Assembly (NCBI GenBank): GCA_902790415.1
Contig: CADARU010000003.1
Location: 1 to 59,232, forward strand
Direction: 5' to 3'
DNA length: 59,232 bases
From: an uncultured Pseudomonadota bacterium
GTDB taxonomy: Bacteria > Pseudomonadota > Alphaproteobacteria > Rs-D84
The notes under the pieces were generated by a model. That model searched no databases, had not been told where the DNA came from, and was given only the letters and a program-made list of their open reading frames with translations. This document shows positions 1-9,681 of this stretch, in pieces (position 1 is the stretch's first letter; every line of letters begins with the position of its first letter). The position numbers and the translations under genes were made by a program.

Positions 1-1670
1 TTTTGCGTGCGTTTAGGTTGATACCGGCCGCCCCACAGGAAGAAGAGACAGAAGAATCAGCGGAAGAATCTGAGGAAGAAGAAGAGGAAGAAGAAGAGGA
101 AGAAGAAAAACCCAAGGTTCAACGTAAATCTGTGCGGCGCAAGGTTTCCGTCAGGCGTTCTAACGATAATGGTGTGCATGAATATGAATTACCGGATCCC
201 GCATTTTTGGAAAAATCTGACTTTGGAAAAAGTGTTGTTACACCCGAATTAAAACAAAACGCGCGTGCGATGGAAATGCATTTTGAAGAATACCATATCA
301 AGGGCCGCGTTGTTGGAATCAAGCCGGGACCGATTGTAACCTTGTATGAATTTAAACCAGACAGCGGTGTCCGTATTGCGGATATTAATAATACTGTCAA
401 AGATATGACGCGTGCGATGGCAACCGAAAATATTCGTATTGCGCATATTCCGCGCACTGATTTAATTGGTGTTGAAATGGTTAATTTAAAACCAGAAACG
501 GTTCGTTTCCAAGAATTGGTTGCAAATGATGCGTTCGTTGAATCTAAATATAAAATACCATTGGCATTAGGGGTTAATATCGGCGGTGAACCAATGTATT
601 TTGATTTGGCAAAAATGCCACATGTGATGATTGCAGGACGTACAGGGTCCGGGAAATCTGTGTTTGTGCAATCTATTATTATGTCTGTGTTGTATCATTT
701 TACACCGGATAAATGCAAATTGATGATTATCGACCCCAAGGGTGTGGATTTTGGTTTTTGGGATGATATTCCGCATCTTATAACCCCGATTATAAAGTTA
801 GACCCAAATATTGCGGTGAACGCGTTGAAATGGTCTGTCCAGGAAATGGAAGAAAGATACAAACGTTTGCTGGAAATGGGAACCCAGAATATAGAGGCCT
901 ATAATGCCGCGGTGGCCGCCAAGCGCGAAGCAGGCGAGGTTGTAACACGCCAGGTTGCCGTTGGAACCGACCCAGAAACCGGTGAAATAGAATATGAAAC
1001 CCAGACGGTTGATTTGTCTGATATGCCGTATTTGGTTATTGTTATTGACGAAGTTGCTGATTTGATGGGTGTTGCCCGTAAAGAAGTCGAGGCCTGTGTT
1101 CAACGTTTGGCGCAAAAGGCGCGTGCGGCCGGAATTCATCTGGTTATGGCAACCCAGCGTCCGGATGCGACAACTATTACCGGTGTTATCAAGGCGAACT
1201 TCCCAACGCGTATTTCGTTCCAGGCGCGCAGTAATATCGACAGTATGACAACACTGGGTGAAAAGGGTGCGGAAAATCTGCGTCCTTGTGGCGATATGTT
1301 GTTTAGCGAGGCCGGTCGTGTTCCTGTGCGTATTCATGGTGCATTTATAGAACCGGCGGAAATGACGCGCGTGGCGGATTTCTTGCGTGCCCAGGGTGAA
1401 CCAGAATATGTTCCGGGGATTGGTGATGGCGGTACAGAATCATCGGGTGGGGCGGTATCGATTCCGGGAATCGGGGGAACCGGCGACAAAGATGCCGATT
1501 TATATGCCCAGGCCAAAGAATATGTTTTGCGCGATAAAAAGCCAACCACGTCTTATATACAGCGTCGTTTGCGTATCGGTTATAACAAGGCCGCGGGTTT
1601 GATGGAACGTATGGAAGAAGAGGGTATTATCAGCGCGCCCGATGTTAATGGTAAACGACATATATTATAA
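1..1670 (+). CDS. ftsK: DNA translocase FtsK (5' end outside window)
   Basis: Walker A GRTGSGKS, IDPK, Walker B VIVIDEVADLM, KARAAGIHLVMATQRP, C-terminal gamma domain (SYIQRRLRIGYNKAA); poly-Glu linker at the window start. Confidence 0.97.
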   Translation, partial: LRAFRLIPAAPQEEETEESAEESEEEEEEEEEEEEKPKVQRKSVRRKVSVRRSNDNGVHEYELPDPAFLEKSDFGKSVVTPELKQNARAMEMHFEEYHIKGRVVGIKPGPIVTLYEFKPDSGVRIADINNTVKDMTRAMATENIRIAHIPRTDLIGVEMVNLKPETVRFQELVANDAFVESKYKIPLALGVNIGGEPMYFDLAKMPHVMIAGRTGSGKSVFVQSIIMSVLYHFTPDKCKLMIIDPKGVDFGFWDDIPHLITPIIKLDPNIAVNALKWSVQEMEERYKRLLEMGTQNIEAYNAAVAAKREAGEVVTRQVAVGTDPETGEIEYETQTVDLSDMPYLVIVIDEVADLMGVARKEVEACVQRLAQKARAAGIHLVMATQRPDATTITGVIKANFPTRISFQARSNIDSMTTLGEKGAENLRPCGDMLFSEAGRVPVRIHGAFIEPAEMTRVADFLRAQGEPEYVPGIGDGGTESSGGAVSIPGIGGTGDKDADLYAQAKEYVLRDKKPTTSYIQRRLRIGYNKAAGLMERMEEEGIISAPDVNGKRHIL

Positions 1671-1759
1671 GAAATAATTTTTTACTGTTTATGATTTTTT
1701 ACACTTTTTTATAGGGCTTTTTTGTGATATAATCTCTCTTAAGAAAGGAGTTTTTTATT

Positions 1760-3016
1760 ATGAAGAAGTATGCTTTTGGCTTTTTGGGAATTGCCGCGTT
1801 GTGCGGTGCGGTGTCCGCATTTGCGGCCCAAGATACAGAAACGGTTGTTGTTCGTTCTGATTCATACTATGCACCAAACGTGCGTGCGATTGATAACACA
1901 AACAGAAATGTTAACTATGAAAAATATGAAACACGTACGACAACACGTTCTTATAACACCGCGCGTGATGCAAACCAAACTTACTATGCGCCTCAATCGC
2001 GCCGCGTAACATATACGCGTCCGCAACAAACACCGTATGCGCGTTCACAAATGTATCGTGATTATGAAGGTGGAACATCAAATACACGTGTTGCCACAAC
2101 CCGTAAAACAGAAACCACAACAAGACAGATGAAGCGCAAATATTATTTGGCGCATCCGTTCTTTCAACCAACCGAAGGGAATTTTGGTTCTATCACCGAT
2201 GTTTCTTGGAATAAATCTTCGTATGATTTGAAATTTTCGCCGGTTAGCACTGTTGAAATGGGTGAAACAACGGCAAAATGGTCTATGGAACAAATCGCAA
2301 TCAAAGAAGATTTTAGTTATGGTATTACCGACCAGGTCAGTTTAATGCTGATGGGACGTTATGATATTAGTAAATATAAATTTGATTGGCCAACCGCTGA
2401 AGATGACAAATTGGATGATTCCGGACTAAATATTTATGGTGCGGGCGCACAGTGGCGTTTTGTCGATAATGAAAAATGGATTGCGACATTGTCCGGTTTT
2501 TATGAAAGACAAAAAGACGTTGCCAATGAATTTATTTTGGATGTTCGTGCCGGATACAAGGTTTCACGTTCGACAATCTATGGTGTTGGTCGCGCATGGT
2601 TGGTTAATTTTGATGAACCGACATATGGAAATGGTGTAACCGATAAATATGGGCGGTCTTTGTTCATTGCCTATGATACCGATGTTGATAATGCATTCTT
2701 CTTTGAAGGTGGATTGGGGGTATTTAGTGTGTTGAACCAAGATTGGACATTGAATTTAGAGGCAATGTTGGGTAATTATGATTGGCATAACCAAGGCAGT
2801 GTCAAGGCCGCGATTGGTTGGCAACCGGGTGATTCCTTTGCGTTGAACCTGTATGCAAAAATGGCTTTCTATGATTCAATAGAAAATAAAAAGTTAGATT
2901 CTTATTTCACAGAATTGAATTCTGACAACCAATGGGAATGGAAATATCTTGGCAAAGCCGAAGCAGATAATTATTCTGAATTTTCTATCGGTGCCCAGGT
3001 TATATTTATGTTCTAA
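1760..3016 (+). CDS. secreted outer-membrane beta-barrel protein with long R/T/Y-rich N-terminal region
   Basis: RBS AAGGAG, signal peptide, alternating aromatic beta-strands, C-terminal Phe (QVIFMF); TGnTATAAT upstream. Confidence 0.75.
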   Translation: MKKYAFGFLGIAALCGAVSAFAAQDTETVVVRSDSYYAPNVRAIDNTNRNVNYEKYETRTTTRSYNTARDANQTYYAPQSRRVTYTRPQQTPYARSQMYRDYEGGTSNTRVATTRKTETTTRQMKRKYYLAHPFFQPTEGNFGSITDVSWNKSSYDLKFSPVSTVEMGETTAKWSMEQIAIKEDFSYGITDQVSLMLMGRYDISKYKFDWPTAEDDKLDDSGLNIYGAGAQWRFVDNEKWIATLSGFYERQKDVANEFILDVRAGYKVSRSTIYGVGRAWLVNFDEPTYGNGVTDKYGRSLFIAYDTDVDNAFFFEGGLGVFSVLNQDWTLNLEAMLGNYDWHNQGSVKAAIGWQPGDSFALNLYAKMAFYDSIENKKLDSYFTELNSDNQWEWKYLGKAEADNYSEFSIGAQVIFMF

Positions 3017-3099
3017 TTGATAACATGGTGTTTTAAAAAACTTGACATTATTTGTTTTTGGTGTATCTTCTTTTGCAAGAACAAATAAAGGGGTTTGTC

Positions 3100-3489
3100 A
3101 TGAAAAATTTAAAACATTATGCTTTGGTTGCGGCCGCAGGTTTGATTTTGACGGCTGGTGGATGCAAACAACAGCCGCAACCGGTTGGTAAAATTGTCGG
3201 TGGTCGTGTTGTCGGTTGGTATAAAACAAATGAAGTTCCGGGGGCGCAAATCTCTGTTATTGACTTGGAAGGTGAAACATTAGAACTGTACAACCGTAAC
3301 ATGTTTAGTCAACAGGTTGATGCATCTTTGCCGACATACGATGTTGGTGACAGTGTGTGGTTCCGTTACGATGAAACAACAGCGAAATATGGCGATATTT
3401 TCGCAAATCAAGTAATTGATACCGCGGTTTATGGTCCTATGGATTTTTATCGTGAACAACAACGCAAAATTTATGGGAAAAATAAATAA
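3100..3489 (+). CDS. hypothetical lipoprotein
   Basis: ATG 3100 after GGGG RBS; signal peptide with lipobox-like AGGC; TTGACA at 3042. Confidence 0.65.
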   Translation: MKNLKHYALVAAAGLILTAGGCKQQPQPVGKIVGGRVVGWYKTNEVPGAQISVIDLEGETLELYNRNMFSQQVDASLPTYDVGDSVWFRYDETTAKYGDIFANQVIDTAVYGPMDFYREQQRKIYGKNK

Positions 3490-3514
3490 TTTTGCTTGTA
3501 CAAGGGGGGGGCAA

Positions 3515-4231
3515 ATGCGTAAATTTATTTGTGTGTTTTTTGTTCTGGGTCTGTGTTCGTTGAACGCACATGCGTATGACTTGTCGCGTGATACGGCGGA
3601 CCCATTGTTTTTGCAAGGCAAAACTGATTTGTTATCAAAGACACATTTGTCTTATTTTGAAACGGGTTTGCGTTTGGGGCAATATTTGTCGTACGGTTTT
3701 TCTGACCGGTTCGCATTATCAGCATCCTTGCATTATCAACAAGATTTTGATGGACCCCAAGATGGTCTGTCCAGTGTCGATTTGGGCGGTATGTATCGTT
3801 TGGTAACCCAATCAGAAAGTGAAAATCGTATTGTTTATGATGTGTTGTTTGGTTTAAAACTGGGCGGCAGTCATCGTGTCAGAACCCCTGATTATGCGGA
3901 TTCTACATATTATATCGGTCTGCGTTTGGGCCGTCAGTATGAAGGTATGACGTTGGCAGCAACCATCAAGTCCAGTTGGATTTTCGATGATGTACCATTA
4001 GGGATGGCATTTATAGATTTTAATCCAGAGGCATACTTTCGTATTGCACCAGATTGGCGCATCGGTGTGAATTTTGGCCTGCGCAAGGCGACAAATCCAC
4101 ATTATGATGAAGAATCTGTTGGTGGGAAATTGGTTCGTCAATATGGTCGTACGCAATATATTGGATACATAAACTATGAATTCGAACAGGAAGAAGTTAA
4201 CTGTGGTGTGCGCGTGAACATTTTATTCTGA
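3515..4231 (+). CDS. outer-membrane beta-barrel protein
   Basis: ATG 3515, signal peptide ending AHA, amphipathic strands, C-terminal VNILF. Confidence 0.7.
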   Translation: MRKFICVFFVLGLCSLNAHAYDLSRDTADPLFLQGKTDLLSKTHLSYFETGLRLGQYLSYGFSDRFALSASLHYQQDFDGPQDGLSSVDLGGMYRLVTQSESENRIVYDVLFGLKLGGSHRVRTPDYADSTYYIGLRLGRQYEGMTLAATIKSSWIFDDVPLGMAFIDFNPEAYFRIAPDWRIGVNFGLRKATNPHYDEESVGGKLVRQYGRTQYIGYINYEFEQEEVNCGVRVNILF

Positions 4232-5497
4232 CGTGTTTTTGCGAAAACTGTTCCAATATTCTAAACGTTTTTTTATTTCACGTTCGAATCCGCGTTCAAC
4301 CGGGTGGTAGTATTGTGCGCGTTCCATGCTTTCGGGAAAACAGTTTTGACCACTGCATCCAGATTTTGTTTCGGGGTCATAGACATAACCCGCGCCATAT
4401 CCCAAATTTTTCATCATTTTTGTTGGGGCATTTAAAATATTTTTTGGTGGCATCAAATTTCCGTTTGCGCGCGCGGCGGCATAGGCCGCAGATTGCGCCT
4501 TGTACGCAGAAATACTTTTAGGGGCGGTTGCCAAATATATTACCAATTCGGTTAAAGCCAAATCACCTTCGGGGGAACCCATACGTTCGTACACCTGCCA
4601 TGCGGACAATGCCAACTGCATTGCGGTTGGGTCGGCTAATCCGATATCTTCCATTGCAAATCTGGTCAAACGGCGGAATATGTACATTGGGTCTTGGCCG
4701 GCGGTCATCATACGCGCAACCCAATATAATGCGGCATCGGTATCACTGGCCCGCAGAGATTTATGAACCGCAGAAATTAAATTATAATGTTCGTCCCCAT
4801 GTTTGTCAGACATAGGTGCGCGTTTTTGAATAACATTATCCAACTCATCATCATCCAATTCGTGTTTGAACCGGGCGGATACCAAATATTCTGCGGTATT
4901 TAACAAGAAACGTGCATCACCATCAGATAGGTCTGTCAAATGTTTCTTGGCCGTATCTGTTAGGGGCAACTTTTTCCCTAGATGTTTTTCGGCGCGTTCT
5001 ATCAATGTCAATAAATCCGCCGTATTCAACGGTTCTAGGACACCAATATGGCATCGTGAAAGTAACGCGTTATTCAAATTAAAACTGGGGTTTTCGGTGG
5101 TTGCACCAATAAAAACAACAGTACCGTCTTCCAGATATGGTAACAGGGTATCTTGCTGGGTTTTATTGAAACGGTGGATTTCATCGATAAATAACAATGT
5201 GCCACGCCCCAGGGCCGCGTTGGTTTTTGCAACCTCCATCGTTTTTTTGATATCCGCTGTCCCAGAAAAAACGGCCGACAACGGAATAAAATCCATATCC
5301 ACAGAATTTGCCAATGCGCGTGCGATGGTTGTTTTACCGCATCCCGGTGGTCCCCATAATATCAAATTTGATAATTTGTTATTTTCAACCATTCGGCGAA
5401 TTATCCCATTTTCGCCCAACAGGTTTGTTTGTCCGACCACTTCATCTATTGTGTTCGGGCGCATTATATCGGCAAGAGGTCTTGTTGTATTTTGCAT
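4223..5497 (-). CDS. rarA: replication-associated recombination protein A (MgsA/RarA AAA+ ATPase)
   Basis: PLADIMRP, GPPGCGKTT, FIDEIHRFNKTQQD, GATTENPSF, SAVHKSLRASD. Confidence 0.96.
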   Translation of the reverse strand: MQNTTRPLADIMRPNTIDEVVGQTNLLGENGIIRRMVENNKLSNLILWGPPGCGKTTIARALANSVDMDFIPLSAVFSGTADIKKTMEVAKTNAALGRGTLLFIDEIHRFNKTQQDTLLPYLEDGTVVFIGATTENPSFNLNNALLSRCHIGVLEPLNTADLLTLIERAEKHLGKKLPLTDTAKKHLTDLSDGDARFLLNTAEYLVSARFKHELDDDELDNVIQKRAPMSDKHGDEHYNLISAVHKSLRASDTDAALYWVARMMTAGQDPMYIFRRLTRFAMEDIGLADPTAMQLALSAWQVYERMGSPEGDLALTELVIYLATAPKSISAYKAQSAAYAAARANGNLMPPKNILNAPTKMMKNLGYGAGYVYDPETKSGCSGQNCFPESMERAQYYHPVERGFEREIKKRLEYWNSFRKNTSE

Positions 5498-5590
5498 TTT
5501 ATCATCTGGTTTATTTGTGGTATAATCATATTAAATAATTTGTAATCTCGCAATGATAAATTATCATATATCAAATATAAGGACAAAGGC

Positions 5591-7606
5591 ATGAAGGTTT
5601 ACGTAAATATCAAAGATAAACGTTGGAAAAAATATGATATTGATTTTGAAAAAATCGCCAATGCGGCGGTTTCTGGCGTATATAAAGATTCCGAGGTTTC
5701 AATTACACTGATAAATAATCGTGAAATACACAAGATTAATAAAAAATATCGCGGAATAGACAAACCCACAAATGTTTTGTCTTTTGAATTGGGGGATGAT
5801 TTATTGTTGGGGGATATATTCATTGCGTTGGATACGGTAATAGATGAAGCCGCCCAGGCCGGTATTTCGGTCCAAGAACATACGGCACATATGGTTGTGC
5901 ATGGGGTGCTGCATTTGTTGGGCTATGATCACATAAAAGACAAAGATGCCAAAAAAATGGAATCCAAGGAAATCGCAATATTGAAAAAACTGGGGTATAA
6001 AAATCCTTATCAAGATACAACAGATGTAAAAGTTTGCACATCGCGTGATTGCTGTCCGGGTGAAAAAACATTGGGCAGATTTAGGGGCTTTTTTGCAGGG
6101 AATTTTGGACAGTTTTTGCTCTTCGCGTTTTGTGGGGCAATATCATCATTGGGGTTTGCGCCATTTAATATGTGGTGGTTTACCATATTGGGAATAGGGG
6201 GCGCATATATGTTGTCGATAAAGTATCTGGCGGGGAAAAGATTTGGTCGCAGATTTTTGTTTGCCGCGTCATTTGGTGCATTTTATGCAATATCTATGTT
6301 TTGGTGGGTTTTGCACAGTATTTATGTTGTCCCAGAATTAACCCAAGAATTTGCAATATGGACCGTCCCGGGTTTAATTGGTATCGGGATTGTTGGGGCG
6401 ATTATTTTTTCGATTCCTTTTATTGCGATTTCTTCTATACGCCAGAATCCGGCGGCTAGACCATTTTTATTTGCATCTGTTTGGACGTTGGTTTTGTGGT
6501 TTCGTGAATGGTTGTTTACTGGGTTTCCATGGAATCCGATTGCAAATATTTCGTTGGTAAATATTTATGTCGCGAATTCCATGTCGTTGTTTGGTGCGAT
6601 TGGTTTAACTTTTGTCATTATTGGTTTAATTGCCGCAATATGTGAAATAATTAAAACAAAAACTAATGCGACATGGGTTAGTTTCTTAATCTTTTTATTC
6701 TTTGGGATAGTTGGGGTTTTATATGGTGTAAAAAATATAAATTATGTGAATAAAAGTTCTGATGTAAATTCACCGTTAATTAGAATTGTGCAACCGGCGC
6801 AATCTGCCGTACAAAAGGCGACATATTCACGCAAGGCGGCGTTACAAAACGCGCAATATAATTTGCAAAATATGGTGAATTTGGCAACCGCCGAAGGTGA
6901 ATACGATTTACTGGTTTTCCCGGAAACATCGTATCCTTTTGTTGTTATGCCGGGTGATGTTATTGAAATTGGGCGGATTATCGGTCATCCAACCGTTGTT
7001 GGTGCAAATTATTTTGCAAACAATAATTTATATAATTCAATGTTGATTGTTGATGACAAAGGCCGGGTTTCCCACGTATACAGCAAATCGCATTTGGTGC
7101 CATTTGGTGAATATAGACCGTTTGGTGATTTGGTTCCAACACCGGGATTGTTGACACCAGGGACGGGCGCAGAAGTAGTATCAGTATCTTTGAAAAACAG
7201 TGAATTTAAGTTTGCCCCGGCAATTTGTTATGAAATTATATTTTCTGATTCTTTGATAGAACATGGAAAAACACCCGAGGCGATTGTTAATATAACTAAT
7301 GATAATTGGTTTGGAAAAACACCAGGAACGTATCAACATTTGGATATGGTGCGGCGTTATGCCATAGAATCTGGGTTGCCAATTGTTCGTGCAAATTATT
7401 CTGGGATTAGTGCGTTTATCTCGGCCGATGGTCGTATTAGTGCGGAAATTCCTGTGGGACAGGCGGGACATGTCGATGGTACAATTGCCGGTGCACATAA
7501 AACGGCATATCGTGCAATAGGCCGTGATAACATGATGATAATCATATTGTTAATCGCGTGTCTGTGTTCTGTTTGGATGCACCAAATATACAGACCAGAA
7601 AATTAA
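5591..7606 (+). CDS. ybeY-lnt: fused rRNA maturation endoribonuclease YbeY + apolipoprotein N-acyltransferase Lnt
   Basis: N-terminal ~140 aa with DKPTNVLSF and HGVLHLLGYDH (YbeY); remainder with TGFPW, FPETS, KSHLVPFGEY, ICYEIIF, TNDNWFG (Lnt nitrilase-type E-K-C triad); one open frame. Confidence 0.93.
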   Translation: MKVYVNIKDKRWKKYDIDFEKIANAAVSGVYKDSEVSITLINNREIHKINKKYRGIDKPTNVLSFELGDDLLLGDIFIALDTVIDEAAQAGISVQEHTAHMVVHGVLHLLGYDHIKDKDAKKMESKEIAILKKLGYKNPYQDTTDVKVCTSRDCCPGEKTLGRFRGFFAGNFGQFLLFAFCGAISSLGFAPFNMWWFTILGIGGAYMLSIKYLAGKRFGRRFLFAASFGAFYAISMFWWVLHSIYVVPELTQEFAIWTVPGLIGIGIVGAIIFSIPFIAISSIRQNPAARPFLFASVWTLVLWFREWLFTGFPWNPIANISLVNIYVANSMSLFGAIGLTFVIIGLIAAICEIIKTKTNATWVSFLIFLFFGIVGVLYGVKNINYVNKSSDVNSPLIRIVQPAQSAVQKATYSRKAALQNAQYNLQNMVNLATAEGEYDLLVFPETSYPFVVMPGDVIEIGRIIGHPTVVGANYFANNNLYNSMLIVDDKGRVSHVYSKSHLVPFGEYRPFGDLVPTPGLLTPGTGAEVVSVSLKNSEFKFAPAICYEIIFSDSLIEHGKTPEAIVNITNDNWFGKTPGTYQHLDMVRRYAIESGLPIVRANYSGISAFISADGRISAEIPVGQAGHVDGTIAGAHKTAYRAIGRDNMMIIILLIACLCSVWMHQIYRPEN

Positions 7607-7815
7607 ATGTGATTTTTTAATATGTAATCTAAAATCCATACGCGTATCGCAGAAGACAGGTTTTGTCCGATTTTGCGATTGTCATCAATTTCTGATATTA
7701 AACCCGCCACAGATATATTTTTTATATTTGCGATTTTGTGCAGCATTTCCAAGAATTCTTGTTCCAGTGAAATACTGGTTTGATGTCCTGATAAAGAAAC
7801 AGAAATTTTTTTCAT
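7603..7815 (-). CDS. ribbon-helix-helix DNA-binding protein (RHH_4-like)
   Basis: SVSLSGHQTSISLEQEF...NLSSAIRVWIL pattern typical of alphaproteobacterial RHH proteins. Confidence 0.85.
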   Translation of the reverse strand: MKKISVSLSGHQTSISLEQEFLEMLHKIANIKNISVAGLISEIDDNRKIGQNLSSAIRVWILDYILKNHI

Positions 7816-7816
7816 A

Positions 7817-8251
7817 TTAAAATTTTCCCCCTAACAAGCAGTCGCTCATTGCTTGATACGGATTGTCGTATTTTCTTAATACTTTTAAATTGATGTTGTC
7901 TAACATAAAACAATTACCAAACGCATCAAAGGCAAACCAAAACAAATCGTTGCGGCCAAATATTGTTTTTCCACGTAAAACCGGAATATTTGTTAAGTCC
8001 TGGTTTATTTGTATAATACTGGGGGTAGGGTGTTTGCCGGGTAATCCAAATTCGGCCAAACCGAAAATGTATCCGGTTCCCAAATTTATACCATTACATT
8101 GTTTATATAATTCCGTCATAAAAGAGGGCAACATTGCTGCACGAATTTTTTGCAGGTTTATGTTTGTAATGCTGACCTGGCCGGGGGCCCCGGCGGGGGC
8201 AAAGTTGGCACCACGATTTTGCATGTCTTGGATAAAATCTTGTTCGGTCAT
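7817..8251 (-). CDS. SUKH/SMI1-KNR4 (YrhA-like) immunity-superfamily protein
   Basis: LPSFMTELYKQCNG..G.GYIFG, IIQIN, IFGRND..WFAFD, YDNPYQAM match the SUKH pattern LP.dy..f....NG; recognised by eye. Confidence 0.65.
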   Translation of the reverse strand: MTEQDFIQDMQNRGANFAPAGAPGQVSITNINLQKIRAAMLPSFMTELYKQCNGINLGTGYIFGLAEFGLPGKHPTPSIIQINQDLTNIPVLRGKTIFGRNDLFWFAFDAFGNCFMLDNINLKVLRKYDNPYQAMSDCLLGGKF

Positions 8252-8271
8252 TTTTTTGTACCCTTGGGTTA

Positions 8272-8778
8272 TTATTGACGGCGGCTGGCCATTACGTTGG
8301 CGGCGGCAATTTGACTTTGCCGGTCGGCAACCGCATTTCCGCCCATCCCACTAATTGTCGAGTGTATTGGTAAATAAATTTTACGTGCCGGATTTGGCAA
8401 CCACAATGTTTCGTTGCCAGATTGTTCAATTATAAAACGGTCCATGTTTTGCGAGTGCGGAAATGTCAGACACATAAACATATTTTCTGCACTGATTTTA
8501 CCACCGAATATTAGTGGTGTTCTAAAACGTATCGACAAATTTGTCGGGATATTACGCCCCATCAACAAATCCATAAATTCTTCACGACTTAGATTCATCA
8601 TGGCCAATTCTTCAACACTGTCGGTAAGAGAGCGTGTAAATTTACGACATTCTTGTTTGTATTTTTGAAACCAATCAGAATCAACCGATACAGGGGTTGG
8701 ACGTATTGCCAAAATTGGCATATCTGGTACTTTTAATTCTTGCAGACGCTTTTCGGCGTTTGACTGTGTCCATTCCAT
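8272..8778 (-). CDS. degenerate HNH-toxin-like protein (predicted inactive)
   Basis: GRNIPTNLSIRFRTPLIFGGKISAENMFM..FPHS aligns by eye to G..P.gy.VHH..PL..GG.N...NL.L...P.H, with the His/Asn residues substituted. Confidence 0.55.
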   Translation of the reverse strand: MEWTQSNAEKRLQELKVPDMPILAIRPTPVSVDSDWFQKYKQECRKFTRSLTDSVEELAMMNLSREEFMDLLMGRNIPTNLSIRFRTPLIFGGKISAENMFMCLTFPHSQNMDRFIIEQSGNETLWLPNPARKIYLPIHSTISGMGGNAVADRQSQIAAANVMASRRQ

Positions 8779-9638
8779 TATTGTTTTCCTATGTGACTGA
8801 CAACGGTGCTGATATATGTTGATATTGCTTCGAACAATTCTGCATCGTGTTCAGGCGGTAATGTGTTTTTATTATTCTCCATAAATTCTTTAAATTTGTC
8901 AATATTTTCAAATAAAGTTATTACTTCGGGGTTTGGGTTGTCTGTATCAGATGGGGCAATAATACATCCGCGTATGGTCATGTCGTTCGCGCTGTCCCCC
9001 AGGGTTTCGTCAAATATGGCCATAATATTACCAATTGCATCCATCATGACGTTTGGTGAAATATTAGATGCACCAATCCACAGTGTTTCGTTGTATGCTA
9101 ATGCAACCACCGGTGAATTCATTTTAGCAATTTTTTTACATGGCTTCATTATATATCCGGCCGAATCGAAAATGTTAGATATTTCGTCATGCAATGGGTT
9201 GTTGTTGGATTGTTCTGGCATTTTTGATGAGGTGGCTGCGGTCTGGGCGGTGGAATATGTTTGCTTTGGTGCGTCTTTTTTGATTTGTCCGGCGAGTGGA
9301 CTGGCCGGTCTGGTCTGGCCATTGTTTAATGATGATGTGGCGGTATAATTTTGTTGGTTGTTTGTATTGTCTTGCGGTTTATTAAATTTTATCTTTCTAA
9401 AATGTGGGCGCGCCAAAAAATATAACCCAATTAGTGCGATGCCCAATGCAACAATTAGTGATGTATAAAATCCGGGTTTTATCTGTGCGCGGTTTGCCTG
9501 CAGTGAGGACAGGTATGCCCAATGCGCCCCGGAAAAAATATTAAAACCATACTTAACACTCATCCAAAAAGTGATGGCCAATGATACCATCATTAACCAC
9601 AAAAGACCTAAAAAAATTTTTTCAAAATTTTTGTTCAT
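8778..9638 (-). CDS. membrane protein with two TM helices, Q/N/T-rich linker and C-terminal alpha/beta domain
   Basis: two hydrophobic segments; stop overlaps the start of the next gene (TAATG). Confidence 0.75.
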   Translation of the reverse strand: MNKNFEKIFLGLLWLMMVSLAITFWMSVKYGFNIFSGAHWAYLSSLQANRAQIKPGFYTSLIVALGIALIGLYFLARPHFRKIKFNKPQDNTNNQQNYTATSSLNNGQTRPASPLAGQIKKDAPKQTYSTAQTAATSSKMPEQSNNNPLHDEISNIFDSAGYIMKPCKKIAKMNSPVVALAYNETLWIGASNISPNVMMDAIGNIMAIFDETLGDSANDMTIRGCIIAPSDTDNPNPEVITLFENIDKFKEFMENNKNTLPPEHDAELFEAISTYISTVVSHIGKQ

Positions 9639-9681
9639 TTCTTTTAAATTATATCATATTTGTGATAAACTAGAAAGTGCA

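Noticed and set aside
38..110. GAA/GAG repeat tract
   Set aside because: It simply encodes the acidic low-complexity linker of FtsK.
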